A DNA stretch of 64,000 nucleotides from Phycisphaerae bacterium (GTDB lineage Bacteria > Planctomycetota > Phycisphaerae > UBA1845), in assembly GCA_963666835.2 (NCBI GenBank), contig CAXXGO010000006.1, positions 1,696,001 through 1,760,000 of the forward strand, in the 5' to 3' direction. Positions 1-10,485 of the stretch are shown piece after piece. A program made the position numbers and the translations under genes. Every line of letters begins with the position of its first letter. Position 1 is the stretch's first letter. The notes under the pieces were generated by a model. That model had not been told where the DNA came from. It did no database searches and saw only the letters and a program-made list of their open reading frames with translations.

Positions 1-1
1 C

Positions 2-1546
2 GCTCAGCACGGTGATTGGATGCTCCTGCCGGACCGGGCCGCCATCCAACTCAACGATACTCATCCGGCTTTGGCCGTTCCGGAGCTGATGCGGGTGCTC
101 ATGGACGACAAGGGGCTGGAGTGGGACGATGCCTGGAGCATCACGACCCGGACTTTCGCGTACACCAATCACACGGTTTTGCCCGAGGCTTTGGAGAAAT
201 GGCGGGTCTCGCTCATGGGGCGGCTGCTGCCGCGGCACCTGCAGATCATCTTCGAGATCAATCGGCGGTTCCTCAAAGAGCTCCACGAACGCTATCCCGA
301 CGACCCGGAACGTGTCGCTCGAATGTCACTAATCGAGGAGGGCAACGAGCAAAGTGTGCGGATGGCCCACCTCGCCATCGTAGGCAGTCATTCGGTCAAC
401 GGGGTGTCCGCTTTGCACACCCACATTCTGACCGAGAGCATTTTGCGTGATTTCCACGAGTTCTACCCGACGCGTTTCAATAACAAGACCAACGGCATCA
501 CCCCGAGACGCTGGCTCAAGAAGGCCAACTCCCCGCTCGCCTACCTTATCAGCGACGCTATCGGGGCCGATTGGCCTCGCAATCTCGATGAACTCCGTAA
601 GCTGATTCCGCTGGCCGAAGATGCCGAGTTTCGGGCTCGTTGGCGGGAGATCAAAAAGCTCAACAAGGACCGGATGTCCGGGTATCTCCGCAAGACCCAG
701 GACATTGTGATCGATCCGAATACGTTTTTCGACTGCCAGGCAAAACGCATCCACGAGTATAAACGTCAGATGCTTGTCATCCTTCACGTCATTACCTTGT
801 ATAACCGGATTAAGGAGGGTCGCAGCGACATCGTACCGCGCACGGTGATGCTGGCCGGCAAAGCCGCGCCGGGTTACTACCAGGCCAAGCTGATCATCGA
901 GCTGGCGTGCGCCGTCGGGAAGACCTTGGATGACGATCCCCAGGTTGCCGGCCGGCTCAAGCTGGCCTTTCTTGCTAACTATGGCGTTTCTCTGGCGGAG
1001 TACATCATCCCGGGAACCGAGCTGTCCGAGCAGATCTCGACGGCCGGGATGGAGGCCTCCGGCACGGGTAACATGAAGTTCGCCCTGAATGGTGCCCTGA
1101 CGATCGGTACGCTCGACGGGGCCAACGTCGAGATTCGCGATGAGGTCGGTGCGGACAACATCTTCATCTTCGGCCAGACCGCCGAGCAGGTCGCAGCCCA
1201 CTGGGCGGCCGGGTACAGCCCTTGGAAGTTCCGCGACCGCAATCCCGAGCTACGCCTGGCTCTCGACCAGATTCTCGGGGACACGTTCTGCCCCGGTCAA
1301 GCTGGCAGGTTTGCCCCGATTGTGGACCGGCTGCTTCGCGACGGCGATCCGTATATGGTGCTGGCCGATTATGATTCGTACATTCAGTGCCAGGAGGTTG
1401 TCGGCCGGACGTACGAAGACCGCGAGAAATGGGGCCGGATGTCGATCCTCAACACGGCCAACATGGGCAAGTTCTCCAGCGACCGCACCATCCGCGAGTA
1501 CGCGGAAGAGATCTGGAACGTGCGCCCGGTGCCGGTGGAACTATAG
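2..1546 (+). CDS. glgP: Glycogen/starch phosphorylase, 5'-truncated by window edge
   Basis: Motifs IQLNDTHP, FAYTNHT, KTNGITPRRW, KRIHEYKRQ, EASGTGNMKF (PLP lysine), FSSDRTIREYA. Frame is open from position 2. Confidence 0.97.
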   Translation, partial: AQHGDWMLLPDRAAIQLNDTHPALAVPELMRVLMDDKGLEWDDAWSITTRTFAYTNHTVLPEALEKWRVSLMGRLLPRHLQIIFEINRRFLKELHERYPDDPERVARMSLIEEGNEQSVRMAHLAIVGSHSVNGVSALHTHILTESILRDFHEFYPTRFNNKTNGITPRRWLKKANSPLAYLISDAIGADWPRNLDELRKLIPLAEDAEFRARWREIKKLNKDRMSGYLRKTQDIVIDPNTFFDCQAKRIHEYKRQMLVILHVITLYNRIKEGRSDIVPRTVMLAGKAAPGYYQAKLIIELACAVGKTLDDDPQVAGRLKLAFLANYGVSLAEYIIPGTELSEQISTAGMEASGTGNMKFALNGALTIGTLDGANVEIRDEVGADNIFIFGQTAEQVAAHWAAGYSPWKFRDRNPELRLALDQILGDTFCPGQAGRFAPIVDRLLRDGDPYMVLADYDSYIQCQEVVGRTYEDREKWGRMSILNTANMGKFSSDRTIREYAEEIWNVRPVPVEL

Positions 1547-1609
1547 GGCTGCGTTGCACCCGGATTCTCGGGTGTGTTACCGCTGTTGAGCATCGCGGAA
1601 TCGTCATTA

Positions 1610-2090
1610 CCTCATGACACCAGATTGTCACCATCCGTAGGGCAGGTCGAGGCCCGAGACCTGCCGCAAAGACGCCCGATGCGCGAAGGCTGCGTGGCGA
1701 TTCGAGCCCGTATGGTCCGCTGTGCGGACCGGGCGGTTCAGGGCTCCGCCGCGCTTTGGTTCGCAGTGCGGACCGCGCCTGCTCCACGGGTCAACGAGTT
1801 GTCCCATGACACCTATGTGGCACCATCTGTAGGGCAGGTCGAGGCACGAGACCTGCCACAAGGGCGCACGATGTGCAGAGTCTGCGTGGCCATTCGAATG
1901 CCCCCGCCTCTGCAACGCTACGCCACCCGGGCCCGCACCGAACAGCAGTCGGCCGGGCATGCGGCGATCTGTCCCGAAGGGACGTAGGCGGGTAGCCACG
2001 GGTGGAGCGTAGCGGAACCCGTGGGTGCCATTCGCCCCATGTGCTCCCGTCCCGAAGGGCCGGCGGACGGTTAGAGGGATCACGCGACGA
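1610..2090. repeat. Cluster of GTAG REP palindromes and related hairpins
   Basis: REP1 GTAGGGCAGGTCGAGGC(A/C)CGAGACCTGCC at 1637 and 1829; REP2-like GGTCCGCTGTGCGGACC near 1714; CCACGGG..CCCGTGG hairpin near 1996-2024. Confidence 0.85.
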
Positions 2091-2092
2091 GC

Positions 2093-2508
2093 GCGGCAGG
2101 TCTCGTGCCTCGACCATGCCCTACGATCTGCTAACCGCATTTGCATCGGCGAGTGAACCGGTCCGCACAGCAGGCCCTACCGGCTGCGTGTCATGCAAAG
2201 CCGCGGCAGGTCTCGTGCCTCGACCATGCCCTACGATCTGCCAACCGCATTTGCATCGGCGAGTGAACCGGTCCGCACAGCAGGCCCTACCGGCTGCGTG
2301 TCATGCAAAGCCGCGGCAGGTCTCGTGCCTCGACCATGCCCTACGATCTGCTAACCGCATTTGCATCGGCGAGTGAACCGGTCCGCACAGCAGGCCCTAC
2401 CGGCTGCGTGTCATGCAAAGCCGCGGCAGGTCTCGTGCCTCGACCATGCCCTACGGTCTGCTAACCGCATTTGCGTCAGCGAGTGAACCGGTCCGCACAG
2501 CGGACCCT
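2093..2508 (-). repeat. Tandem array, 110-bp unit x ~3.8 (REP1 + REP2 variant; BIME-like)
   Basis: TCTCGTGCCTCG recurs at 2101, 2211, 2321, 2431; each unit also contains GGTCCGCACAGC(A/G)G(G/A)CCCT. Confidence 0.95.
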
Positions 2509-2572
2509 GCCGAATCCACGGTGCGGAAGGGGCGATGAAGCCGTTGCGGTCGAACGGGCGGGGCCCGCAATG

Positions 2573-4510
2573 TCAGACAATGCCGGAATATTGGTCGAGT
2601 GCTTCCGGGTTGGCCAAGGCGTCGCGGTTGAGGACGGGGTCGCCGTGGATCATGTTGGTGACGGCCAGCTCGACCTTCTTCCCGCTGATCGTATACGGAA
2701 CCGCGGTCACCTGCTTGATGAACTTCGGTACGTGGCGTTTGGTCGCCCCCTCGGCGATCCGCTTGCGGATCTTGTCGATTAGCTCGCTATCCAACGTCAG
2801 ACCTTCGCGCAGGGCAACAAATAGGCATACCTGCACGTCGGCGTCTTCGGTTTGCTTGCCGACCACCACGCTATCCACCACCTCCTCCATCGTTTCGACC
2901 TGCCGGTAGATCTCCGCCGTGCCGATTCGCACTCCGCCGGGGTTGAGCGTCGCATCGGACCGGCCGTAGACGATGACCCCGCCGCGCTTGGTGATCTCCA
3001 CGAAATCTCCGTGCCGCCAGATTCCGGGATAATGCTCGAAATACGCGCTACGGTACTTCTCGTTGTCCTTATCGCGCCAGAACCCTGCGGGCTGGGACGG
3101 AAACGGGGCACAGCAGACAAGCTCTCCCTTCTCTCCCACGAGCGACTTACCCACGGCATCAAAGGCGTGGACGTCCATGCCAAGACCAAGACACTGGACC
3201 TCTCCGGCGTATACCGGGAGCATCGGGTTGCCCAGGATGAAGCAACTGATGATGTCCGTGCCCCCGCAAATGCTGGACAACTGCAAGTCGTCTTTGACAT
3301 TGCGATACACCCAGCGGAAGTTCTCGACCGTTAACGGCGACCCGGTAGACAGGACCGCCCGCAGTTTCGATAGATCGTGCTGCGTCCGCGGCTCCAACTG
3401 CACCTTCTCGCAGGCGGATATATACTTCGGGCTCGTGCCGAAGACCGTGATCCCCAACCGTTCCGCCATCTGCCAGAGGTGGTCCGGGGTCGGGCTGAAC
3501 GGACTGCCCTCATAGAGCACCACGGTGGCGCCGACGCCCAGGGCACTGACCAGCCAGTTCCACATCATCCAACCGCAAGTCGTGAAATACAGAATCGTGT
3601 CGTCGCGCCGCAGGTCGCAATGCAGCATCAACTCCTTCATGTGCTGCAAGAGCGTGCCACCCACCCCGTGAACGATGCACTTGGGGATGCCCGTCGTGCC
3701 GGACGAGTACATGATGTATACCGGATGATCGAACGGGACCGGCTCGAACGTCAGCTCCGCGGCGTCTGCCAGGAAGTCACCCCACCGTACGGCGCTTCTG
3801 ATCCCGGATACGTCCGGAGCCGCCTCGATGAACGGTACGATGATCACCTGCTCGATGCTCGGGATCTTCTCGACAATCCCGGCGATTCGTTCGAGCGAGC
3901 TGATCGTCTTGCCGTTGTAGGTGTAGCCGTCCGCGGCCACGAGCATCTTCGGCTCGATCTGGCCGAACCGGTCGAACACCCCGTTGATTCCGAAATCAGG
4001 GGAGCATGAGGACCAAACCGCACCGATACTCGCGGCCGCGAGCATGGCGATGACCGCCTCCGGGATATTGGGCATGTAACCGCCGACGCGGTCGCCGCGG
4101 GTGATTCCCGCAGCCCGCATCGACGCCGCCAGCCGGGCCACCTCGGCGCGCAACGCCCGGTAGGTAATCGTCCGCGTCCGCCCCAGCTCGTCCTCGGCCT
4201 CGATGGCCACGCGGTCATCGTCGAACCGCAGCAGGTGCGCAGCGAAGTTCAACTCCATACCCGCGAACCACTTGGTCCCGAGCATTCCCTCTCCGCTTTC
4301 TACGGAATCTGCCGCCTTGGTTGGGGCAACTTCTGCGAAATCGAGAAGTTCCTGCCAGAACTGGTCACGATGCTCCACCGACCAGCGGTGCAACGCGGGC
4401 CAGTCCGCAGCGAAGCCGTACTTTTTGGCCGCCATGGTCATAAACGCGTGCATCTGCGATTTCTGGATACGTTCCGGAGATGGCTGCCACAGCAGTTCCG
4501 CATCTTGCAT
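2573..4510 (-). CDS. Acetoacetate--CoA ligase
   Basis: LLWQPS start, YIMYSSGTTGIPKCIVHG, GRSDATLNPGGVRIGTAEIY, TISGKKVE, NRDALANPEALD. Start trimmed to ATG 4510. Confidence 0.93.
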   Translation of the reverse strand: MQDAELLWQPSPERIQKSQMHAFMTMAAKKYGFAADWPALHRWSVEHRDQFWQELLDFAEVAPTKAADSVESGEGMLGTKWFAGMELNFAAHLLRFDDDRVAIEAEDELGRTRTITYRALRAEVARLAASMRAAGITRGDRVGGYMPNIPEAVIAMLAAASIGAVWSSCSPDFGINGVFDRFGQIEPKMLVAADGYTYNGKTISSLERIAGIVEKIPSIEQVIIVPFIEAAPDVSGIRSAVRWGDFLADAAELTFEPVPFDHPVYIMYSSGTTGIPKCIVHGVGGTLLQHMKELMLHCDLRRDDTILYFTTCGWMMWNWLVSALGVGATVVLYEGSPFSPTPDHLWQMAERLGITVFGTSPKYISACEKVQLEPRTQHDLSKLRAVLSTGSPLTVENFRWVYRNVKDDLQLSSICGGTDIISCFILGNPMLPVYAGEVQCLGLGMDVHAFDAVGKSLVGEKGELVCCAPFPSQPAGFWRDKDNEKYRSAYFEHYPGIWRHGDFVEITKRGGVIVYGRSDATLNPGGVRIGTAEIYRQVETMEEVVDSVVVGKQTEDADVQVCLFVALREGLTLDSELIDKIRKRIAEGATKRHVPKFIKQVTAVPYTISGKKVELAVTNMIHGDPVLNRDALANPEALDQYSGIV

Positions 4511-4623
4511 GATTATCTCGCCACCGGTTGGAGGTTTCGGGAGTTCCCGATTCACGGATCGGGGCATTACGCCGCCCGTACACTCATAGTCCGCGACCAT
4601 TCTTGTGGCATGTTCCGGGGGCG

Positions 4624-5808
4624 TCAACTTTCCGCGCGGGCCTTGCGGCGTGCGAAGCGATTGCCCGGCAGGCGTTGGATCAGGCCCTTCAGTTGCAGCG
4701 CCGTAAGCGTCGAAGTCACCTGTGCCATATCCAGCTCGGCTGACATACAGATTTCGTCGGCGTCTGCGGTTCCCTCGGCCAGCACCGTCAGAATGGCCTG
4801 CTCGGTTGCGCCGGCGGGCGACGCGGCGGCCGGAGCCTCGCCGGCAGGTTCCGCTTCGTCTCCGGCGTACCCCCGCATAATCTCCCCGACCTCCTGCAAC
4901 TCGTCGAGAATGTCCTCCAGGCTGGTAATCAGCTTCGCTTGCCCATCACGGATCAGACCGTTCGTTCCGCACGTAAGCGATGGCTGGTCCAGACGCCCGG
5001 GAATCGCAAAGACCTCGCGGTTGTACTCGCTGGCCAGCCGGGCCGTGATTAACGCGCCGCTGCGCTTCCCGGCCTCAACGATAATCACCCCCAGAGCGAG
5101 CCCAACGATGATCCGGTTCCTCCGGGGAAAGTTCTCCGGGGTGGGGGACACGTCGATTGGGTACTCGCTGACCAGCGCCCCAGTCCTCGTGATCTCTTCG
5201 GCCAGCTCGTTGTGCTCCGGCGGATATACTGTGGCCAGCCCATTGCCCAGCACGGCAATCGTTCGGCCGCCGGCCCGGATTGCTCCACGGTGGGCATGAC
5301 CGTCCACCCCTCTTGCCAACCCGGAGATTACCGTGAAGCCTGCGGCCCCGAGCAGTTCCGCGAACCGCATGGCCTGCTCGCGCCCATAGTGCGAGCATCT
5401 TCTCGTCCCGACTATCGCAAGCGCCACGCAGTCCGTTGGCTGGAGAGTTCCGCGAACATATATACAAGTCGGCGGGTCCGGAATGTGGTGCAGCGGCTTG
5501 GGATAATCGGAATCCTCCAGGCATAGGATGCGTACCCCGCATTGGCTCGCCCGTTCAATCTCGGTATCGACCGTGGCGTCGCCGCGTGCTTGGAAGACGG
5601 CCTCGGCCACCTTCTCGGAGATCAGACTGACCTGCATGAGCTCCGTTCTCGACGCATCCAGGACGGCCTCGATTGACCCGAAGTGCTCGATGAGGTTCCG
5701 CAGCCGAATCGGCCCGACCATGGGGGCCAAGTGCAGACGCAGGTACTTACGCCCCACCTCGGAAACCACCGGCCCGGCCTTGGGTGTCATTAGATCTGCT
5801 TCGCTCAT
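4624..5808 (-). CDS. dprA: DNA-processing protein DprA
   Basis: AIVGTR, ISGLARGVD, FPRRNRIIVGL, SGALITA, REVFAIPG, GTNGLI; C-terminal winged helix. Confidence 0.96.
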   Translation of the reverse strand: MSEADLMTPKAGPVVSEVGRKYLRLHLAPMVGPIRLRNLIEHFGSIEAVLDASRTELMQVSLISEKVAEAVFQARGDATVDTEIERASQCGVRILCLEDSDYPKPLHHIPDPPTCIYVRGTLQPTDCVALAIVGTRRCSHYGREQAMRFAELLGAAGFTVISGLARGVDGHAHRGAIRAGGRTIAVLGNGLATVYPPEHNELAEEITRTGALVSEYPIDVSPTPENFPRRNRIIVGLALGVIIVEAGKRSGALITARLASEYNREVFAIPGRLDQPSLTCGTNGLIRDGQAKLITSLEDILDELQEVGEIMRGYAGDEAEPAGEAPAAASPAGATEQAILTVLAEGTADADEICMSAELDMAQVTSTLTALQLKGLIQRLPGNRFARRKARAES

Positions 5809-6053
5809 TGTCGCGCCATCCCAGAAGAACGGTCTTGATAGGAAGATTCAAGTGTAACAGAGAGCCGGCGATAACTCAAGCCGCATCGCCGGATTCGACC
5901 ACCGAGGGGGTCGGGATTATTTCTTACATCGATGAGTCGGCGTCGTTATACTAGTTACCAGGAGGGTTTGTGAATCGGTCGGGGCGTCACCCCGCGTTGC
6001 GTGATTCCCGCATCTCAAGAGTTCAGAATAACAGGGTTCGGAGGGCAAGAAGG

Positions 6054-7430
6054 ATGTTCTCATCTTCAATCGGTCGCGGGTCGGTGCGTTGTACGGTTAT
6101 CCTGCTGTTGGGCGTGCTCCTTCTCGGCGCCGCCCCGGCATTCGGGGCAACGATGGCGGAGCAGTTTCAGGCCCAACGTGGCGTGACCACTATCGGGTTC
6201 GGTCCGCTTGGCGGGATGTTCAACTTCCTCGGCTGCAACCGGGAATACGCCTACCCGGCCATGGGTGGCCCACCGCCGGGAACTCCGTCGGGCGCCACGC
6301 AGGTCTTTATCTCTCGTTGGTGCGAGAATCATCGTTGGCAGGCGGCGTGTGAGGAGTCCTGCGTTCGGTCCGCGCAGAACATCAACATCTCCATCCACTT
6401 CGGTGACGGATCGGTCTACGTGTACCGGTTCTATTCGAGCCGAATGAACTGCACTAACGGCGATTATCAGTACTTCCGAAGCGCAAATGACGAAGCCAGT
6501 GGAATTGGATATCACCGGATCCGATCCGATAGCATTCGCCGGACGCAATCCTCCAGTGCGCGGGCGGAAGTGGTGGAGGAGAACAGCTCAGCAGCCTGGC
6601 GGGCACCGGCCGGGGGGACTCTGGTGCTGGGTGATGACGCCCAAGATACCGTTGAGGATCTTGACGATATCGAGCTGTGCGCGGGATCCGGCGGGACTCT
6701 CGATCTCCGCGGGCTCGATCCGACCGTGCCGGTTCTTGTGACGAGCCAACCGGTCACCATTTACGCGGATAACGTCTTGTTGGATGGGGGCGTGAGTCTC
6801 TCCGATCTCTTCAGCCCCGCCCCGACCGTGGTCGCCGGAGCCGACCGTTACGAGGTCGAGATCGCCCCGGTTTCGCGAACCTGCATGATCGGGCCCGGCG
6901 ACTATATGACGGTTTTGTCCATCCACAATCTCTCTAACGTGGATGATAGTATTACGGTGTCTTTGAGCGATGAGCTCGGTTGGCTGGCGACGTCTGATAC
7001 GGTGATCCCCATTGTCGCCGGCGGGTCCACGAATTTCGACGTTGTCGTCGTTGCTCCGGATCCTGCGGGGATGTGTGACATCGATAAGGTAACCGTCACG
7101 GCCACCACTAGCGATGGGGGATCCGCCGACTTCGAGTTTGAGATCAGCGCGGATGTCGACCTGGACAGCGATACCATTCCTAACGCCTGTGATGTGTGCT
7201 GGAACGACATCGACGCGGGGCAGGAGGACGGCGATACCGACGCCACCGGGGACGCTTGTGACAACTGCCCGGCAACCTTCAACCCGTGGCAGGCCGACGA
7301 GGACGGGGACGGGATCGGCGATGCGTGCGAGGGGAACGTTCCCGCGGTGTCGGAATGGGGGGTGCTGGTTCTGTTACTGCTTACTGCTTCGGCGGGGTCG
7401 GTCGTGTTCGCCCGACGCCGGACGAGCTAG
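6054..7430 (+). CDS. Secreted protein with Ig-like domain, thrombospondin type-3-like Ca-binding repeats and IPTL-CTERM-like sorting tail
   Basis: Signal peptide; DxDx[10 protein letters not shown] repeats; C-terminal VPAVSEWG + TM helix + RRR. Start is uncertain. Confidence 0.8.
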   Translation: MFSSSIGRGSVRCTVILLLGVLLLGAAPAFGATMAEQFQAQRGVTTIGFGPLGGMFNFLGCNREYAYPAMGGPPPGTPSGATQVFISRWCENHRWQAACEESCVRSAQNINISIHFGDGSVYVYRFYSSRMNCTNGDYQYFRSANDEASGIGYHRIRSDSIRRTQSSSARAEVVEENSSAAWRAPAGGTLVLGDDAQDTVEDLDDIELCAGSGGTLDLRGLDPTVPVLVTSQPVTIYADNVLLDGGVSLSDLFSPAPTVVAGADRYEVEIAPVSRTCMIGPGDYMTVLSIHNLSNVDDSITVSLSDELGWLATSDTVIPIVAGGSTNFDVVVVAPDPAGMCDIDKVTVTATTSDGGSADFEFEISADVDLDSDTIPNACDVCWNDIDAGQEDGDTDATGDACDNCPATFNPWQADEDGDGIGDACEGNVPAVSEWGVLVLLLLTASAGSVVFARRRTS

Positions 7431-7443
7431 GATTGCGAAGCGG

Positions 7444-8091
7444 CTACGGGCGGCCGAAGGTCTGCGTCCAGTAGTTGCCCGCGTAATAGCCGACCCCCGT
7501 TTCGGTGTATTCGCCCTGCATGAGGTTTGCGCAGTGGCCGGAGCTGCCCATCCAGCCGGCCACTACATCTTCCGGCGTGCTATAGCCCCAGGCGATGTTC
7601 TCCGCCCAGGCGGATCCGCTGTAGCCGGCGTCTTCAAGCCGATCGCCCGGGCCGGCGCCGTCGGGGCTGGTGTGATCGAAGTAATCCCGCGCGGCCATGT
7701 CCCACGAGTGATTCCGCGCGGCACAGCGAAGCGTGGAATTCATAGTGAGCGGTCCGGCCGGCTCGAACACGCCGCCGGTTCCGCAATCCGCGCCTTCCGC
7801 CCGCCGCTGGTTTATCAGCTCGAGCACCTCTTCCTCGAAGGTGTTCCAACTCGTAGTCCAAGTGGTTACAGCATCGCAGTAGTCGTTTGCGGGCATGCCC
7901 TCGTCCGACACCTGGTCGAGGACCCCGCCCCCATTCGTGATCGAGTCGATCGTGGATATCGCCTGCATGCCGCATCCCCCGACGCTGATCGCAGGAACCA
8001 GACACGCCAAACAACAGGACTCCGCCGCTGCAACGCGAGCGATTTTCGGTAATAGCACGATGGTTGAACCTCCTCTCGTTTCCCTTTGCAT
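7444..8091 (-). CDS. CAP/SCP domain protein, probably exported
   Basis: VLELINQRRA, AARNHSWDM, YFDHTS, AENIAWG, WMGSSGHCANLM. Start is uncertain. Confidence 0.88.
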   Translation of the reverse strand: MQRETRGGSTIVLLPKIARVAAAESCCLACLVPAISVGGCGMQAISTIDSITNGGGVLDQVSDEGMPANDYCDAVTTWTTSWNTFEEEVLELINQRRAEGADCGTGGVFEPAGPLTMNSTLRCAARNHSWDMAARDYFDHTSPDGAGPGDRLEDAGYSGSAWAENIAWGYSTPEDVVAGWMGSSGHCANLMQGEYTETGVGYYAGNYWTQTFGRP

Positions 8092-8187
8092 CGGCTGTTT
8101 TAAGGCAACACGCCAGTACGGCGGCCGGCCCCGTTCCTCGATGCTGTCATATCAGTCCGTAGGGTCCGCCGTGCGGACCATCAGCAG

Positions 8188-8620
8188 GTAGGGCACGGTC
8201 GAGGAACGAGACCTGCCATTAAGGCCGCAATGGCTCGAGTCGCACGAATATGTGCCACCCACGTGGCTCGCGGGACCAGCCCGCTAGGGCGGCAGCTCTG
8301 CCTAGCCCGCGGCGTCAGCCGCGGGATCGAGTCGCACGTCAACCCAAGCCCCGCCAGGGGCGGCACTTCGATGATTGAAGAGCTCCCGGTGGTCGCCAAC
8401 GTGCTCCTCTTATGATGTTGAATCACCGGTGTTCGATCCAAACCTCGACGTCTTGTGCCGCCCCCAAGGGGGCTTGGCGTGAAGCGACCGCACAATCCCC
8501 CAGGCTTACGCCGCGGGGCTATAGGACCTGTCGCCCCAAGGTGTTTCACTTCCGACACGCTCGAGGTACGAGGCCTGCCAGAAGAAGTCGAGCGTCGCGC
8601 GAAAACCTCGTAGGGCACGG
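8188..8620 (+). mobile_element. ~400-bp REP-bounded non-autonomous element, copy A
   Basis: Colinear with 58326-58780 and 63346-63737; begins with REP1; internal hairpins GCCCGCGGCGTCAGCCGCGGG and AGCCCCGCCAGGGGC. Confidence 0.8.
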
Positions 8621-8720
8621 TCTCGTCCCTCGACTTGGTCTACAAGGGAACTTACCCGGACGACCATCGATGGGCCGGAACACGCGCCAAACTCAAGAGG
8701 ACGTGCTGCCCGGCCTTGGT

Positions 8721-8833
8721 GGCAGGTCTCGTGCCTCGGCCGTGCCCTACGGGTCGGCCGTGTTGTATGAAGGTCGAGCGTTCGGTGCGGTTTGAGAGTT
8801 TGCGGCAGGTCTCGTTCCTCGACCGTGCCCTAC
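8721..8833 (-). repeat. Two REP1 copies with 83-bp-type spacer unit (same unit as 12016-12295)
   Basis: Spacer GGGTCGG.CGTGTTGTATGAAGGTCGAGCGTTCGGTGCGGTTTGAGA is shared with the 12-kb array. Confidence 0.9.
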
Positions 8834-9235
8834 GAATCATCAACGCCGGTTGGCGGTCCTGCGCTGCGCGCAGTCGATTCGGCGAGTATGCTACACGCCC
8901 CGGGAATCCCCGTTGAGGGAAACCCGATTCGGTCCGCAATCCGCGCCGCGATGTCCGGACACCACAATCGGTGATGAGACACCTTGCGAGATTAGGGCGT
9001 CTTCCTTGACTATCTTCGCGCAACCTGCGTACGATTACTGTAACAACTGCCCAGTGGTGTTGAAGTTGCCCGCTGTCGCTGGATGCAGAGACACATTCAC
9101 AAAGTGACATGAACAGGGCACTCCGACGCCACGTGGGGTGTCGCTTTCGTTGAGATCGAACGCGCGGAGGTGTTTCGATCCGCATCAACGTTCGCGGGCG
9201 TCTACTCAAGCCTTCTGGGGTCAGCGTGAAGCCGT

Positions 9236-10129
9236 ATGAGATTGCTTACCATCCCGGCGCGCAGCGATCGATTAGTCGCCGCGTACATTGTCGCGGTTTG
9301 TCTTTGCGGCATAATTATGACATGTCTCCTTGCGTATAACGATCGGGCAGTCGCGTTTTGCAGCAATTCGGTAGCCGTAGGCATCATACTCGTCTTCTTG
9401 ATGATAATGTTCTGGGCCGGCCTTTCCTGGCGGATGCACCGGTCGTCGTACAACCACCTGCGGGCCAAGGTTGGCCCATTACCGGAGCCGGATCGCGACC
9501 TGGGGCTGCCACTCATTTGGGACGACCGGGTCATTCTGAAGAAGGCCCGGCGCCGATTGAGTGAGGACGCCGAGCCGATCTTCCTTGCCTACGGACTTTT
9601 CGCGGAGCCCTTGTCTTTCCGGGCCCCCGACCAATTGCGCCAACCGATTAGTCTCGGATCGGGTAGGCCTCTAGGCCCGGGGACGTGGATGGTCGTTGCG
9701 CTGTGGCTTACCTGGCTTGGGATGTTCTGCGTGGGAGTGAGGAACTGGGAAGGGTGGGTACTTCGTCAGGTCATCCTTGGTTTAGCCGTTGCCTCCACCG
9801 CCGGCTGGGGCGTTCACTTCTTCTTGTGCAGGATTCGGGAGGAGGTCCGGGTCGGAGAAGGGGTTCTCGATATCTACCGGATACCTTTTGGGGGCGGGGA
9901 TCCTATCCGGAGGTTGCGATACTCGGTGGAGGATGAAGGGACTTTCTTCATCCTGAAATCCCCGGCGGCCGGTTCGGCGGAAAGTCACATGGTCTGTGGT
10001 GCGAGGCCGACTCTGCTGGTCGGCAACGCTCATAGAAGCCACCGGATTCGCCTTCGACGTACGGATGTGACGCAGGTCCTTGATCGACTGCTGGTGCGGA
10101 AGGCTCGAACCGAATTGCCGACACTCTAG
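9236..10129 (+). CDS. Hypothetical membrane protein (~4 TM)
   Basis: 297-aa ORF with two pairs of hydrophobic segments; no recognised motif. Confidence 0.6.
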   Translation: MRLLTIPARSDRLVAAYIVAVCLCGIIMTCLLAYNDRAVAFCSNSVAVGIILVFLMIMFWAGLSWRMHRSSYNHLRAKVGPLPEPDRDLGLPLIWDDRVILKKARRRLSEDAEPIFLAYGLFAEPLSFRAPDQLRQPISLGSGRPLGPGTWMVVALWLTWLGMFCVGVRNWEGWVLRQVILGLAVASTAGWGVHFFLCRIREEVRVGEGVLDIYRIPFGGGDPIRRLRYSVEDEGTFFILKSPAAGSAESHMVCGARPTLLVGNAHRSHRIRLRRTDVTQVLDRLLVRKARTELPTL

Positions 10130-10485
10130 GACCTACGAATCATCAACGCCGGTTCGCGGAATCGGCGACCGGCTTCCGTGGATCGCCGCTATGCGTGTTG
10201 CCTGGACTTCGGTCCTGCGTTACGCACAGTCGGTTTGGCGGGCGATCTCAGTTCCGATATCGGGACGCCGCAAGCTCTGATGAAGGAACCTGCAATATGC
10301 GAGCGTTCCGCCTTGACTATCTGTGTGTGATTCGCTTAGGATTGCAGTAGCATCTCCAGTGAAGTTGGGAGCTTGCCCGCGCTCATAAGGAAAGGAGGGA
10401 CATGTTTGCCAAGTGCGGGACAACTCTGTGGTTCGCGATGCGTGTTCATGTGTTTGAGGCTATTCATATCTTACGGAGAAGTGAA

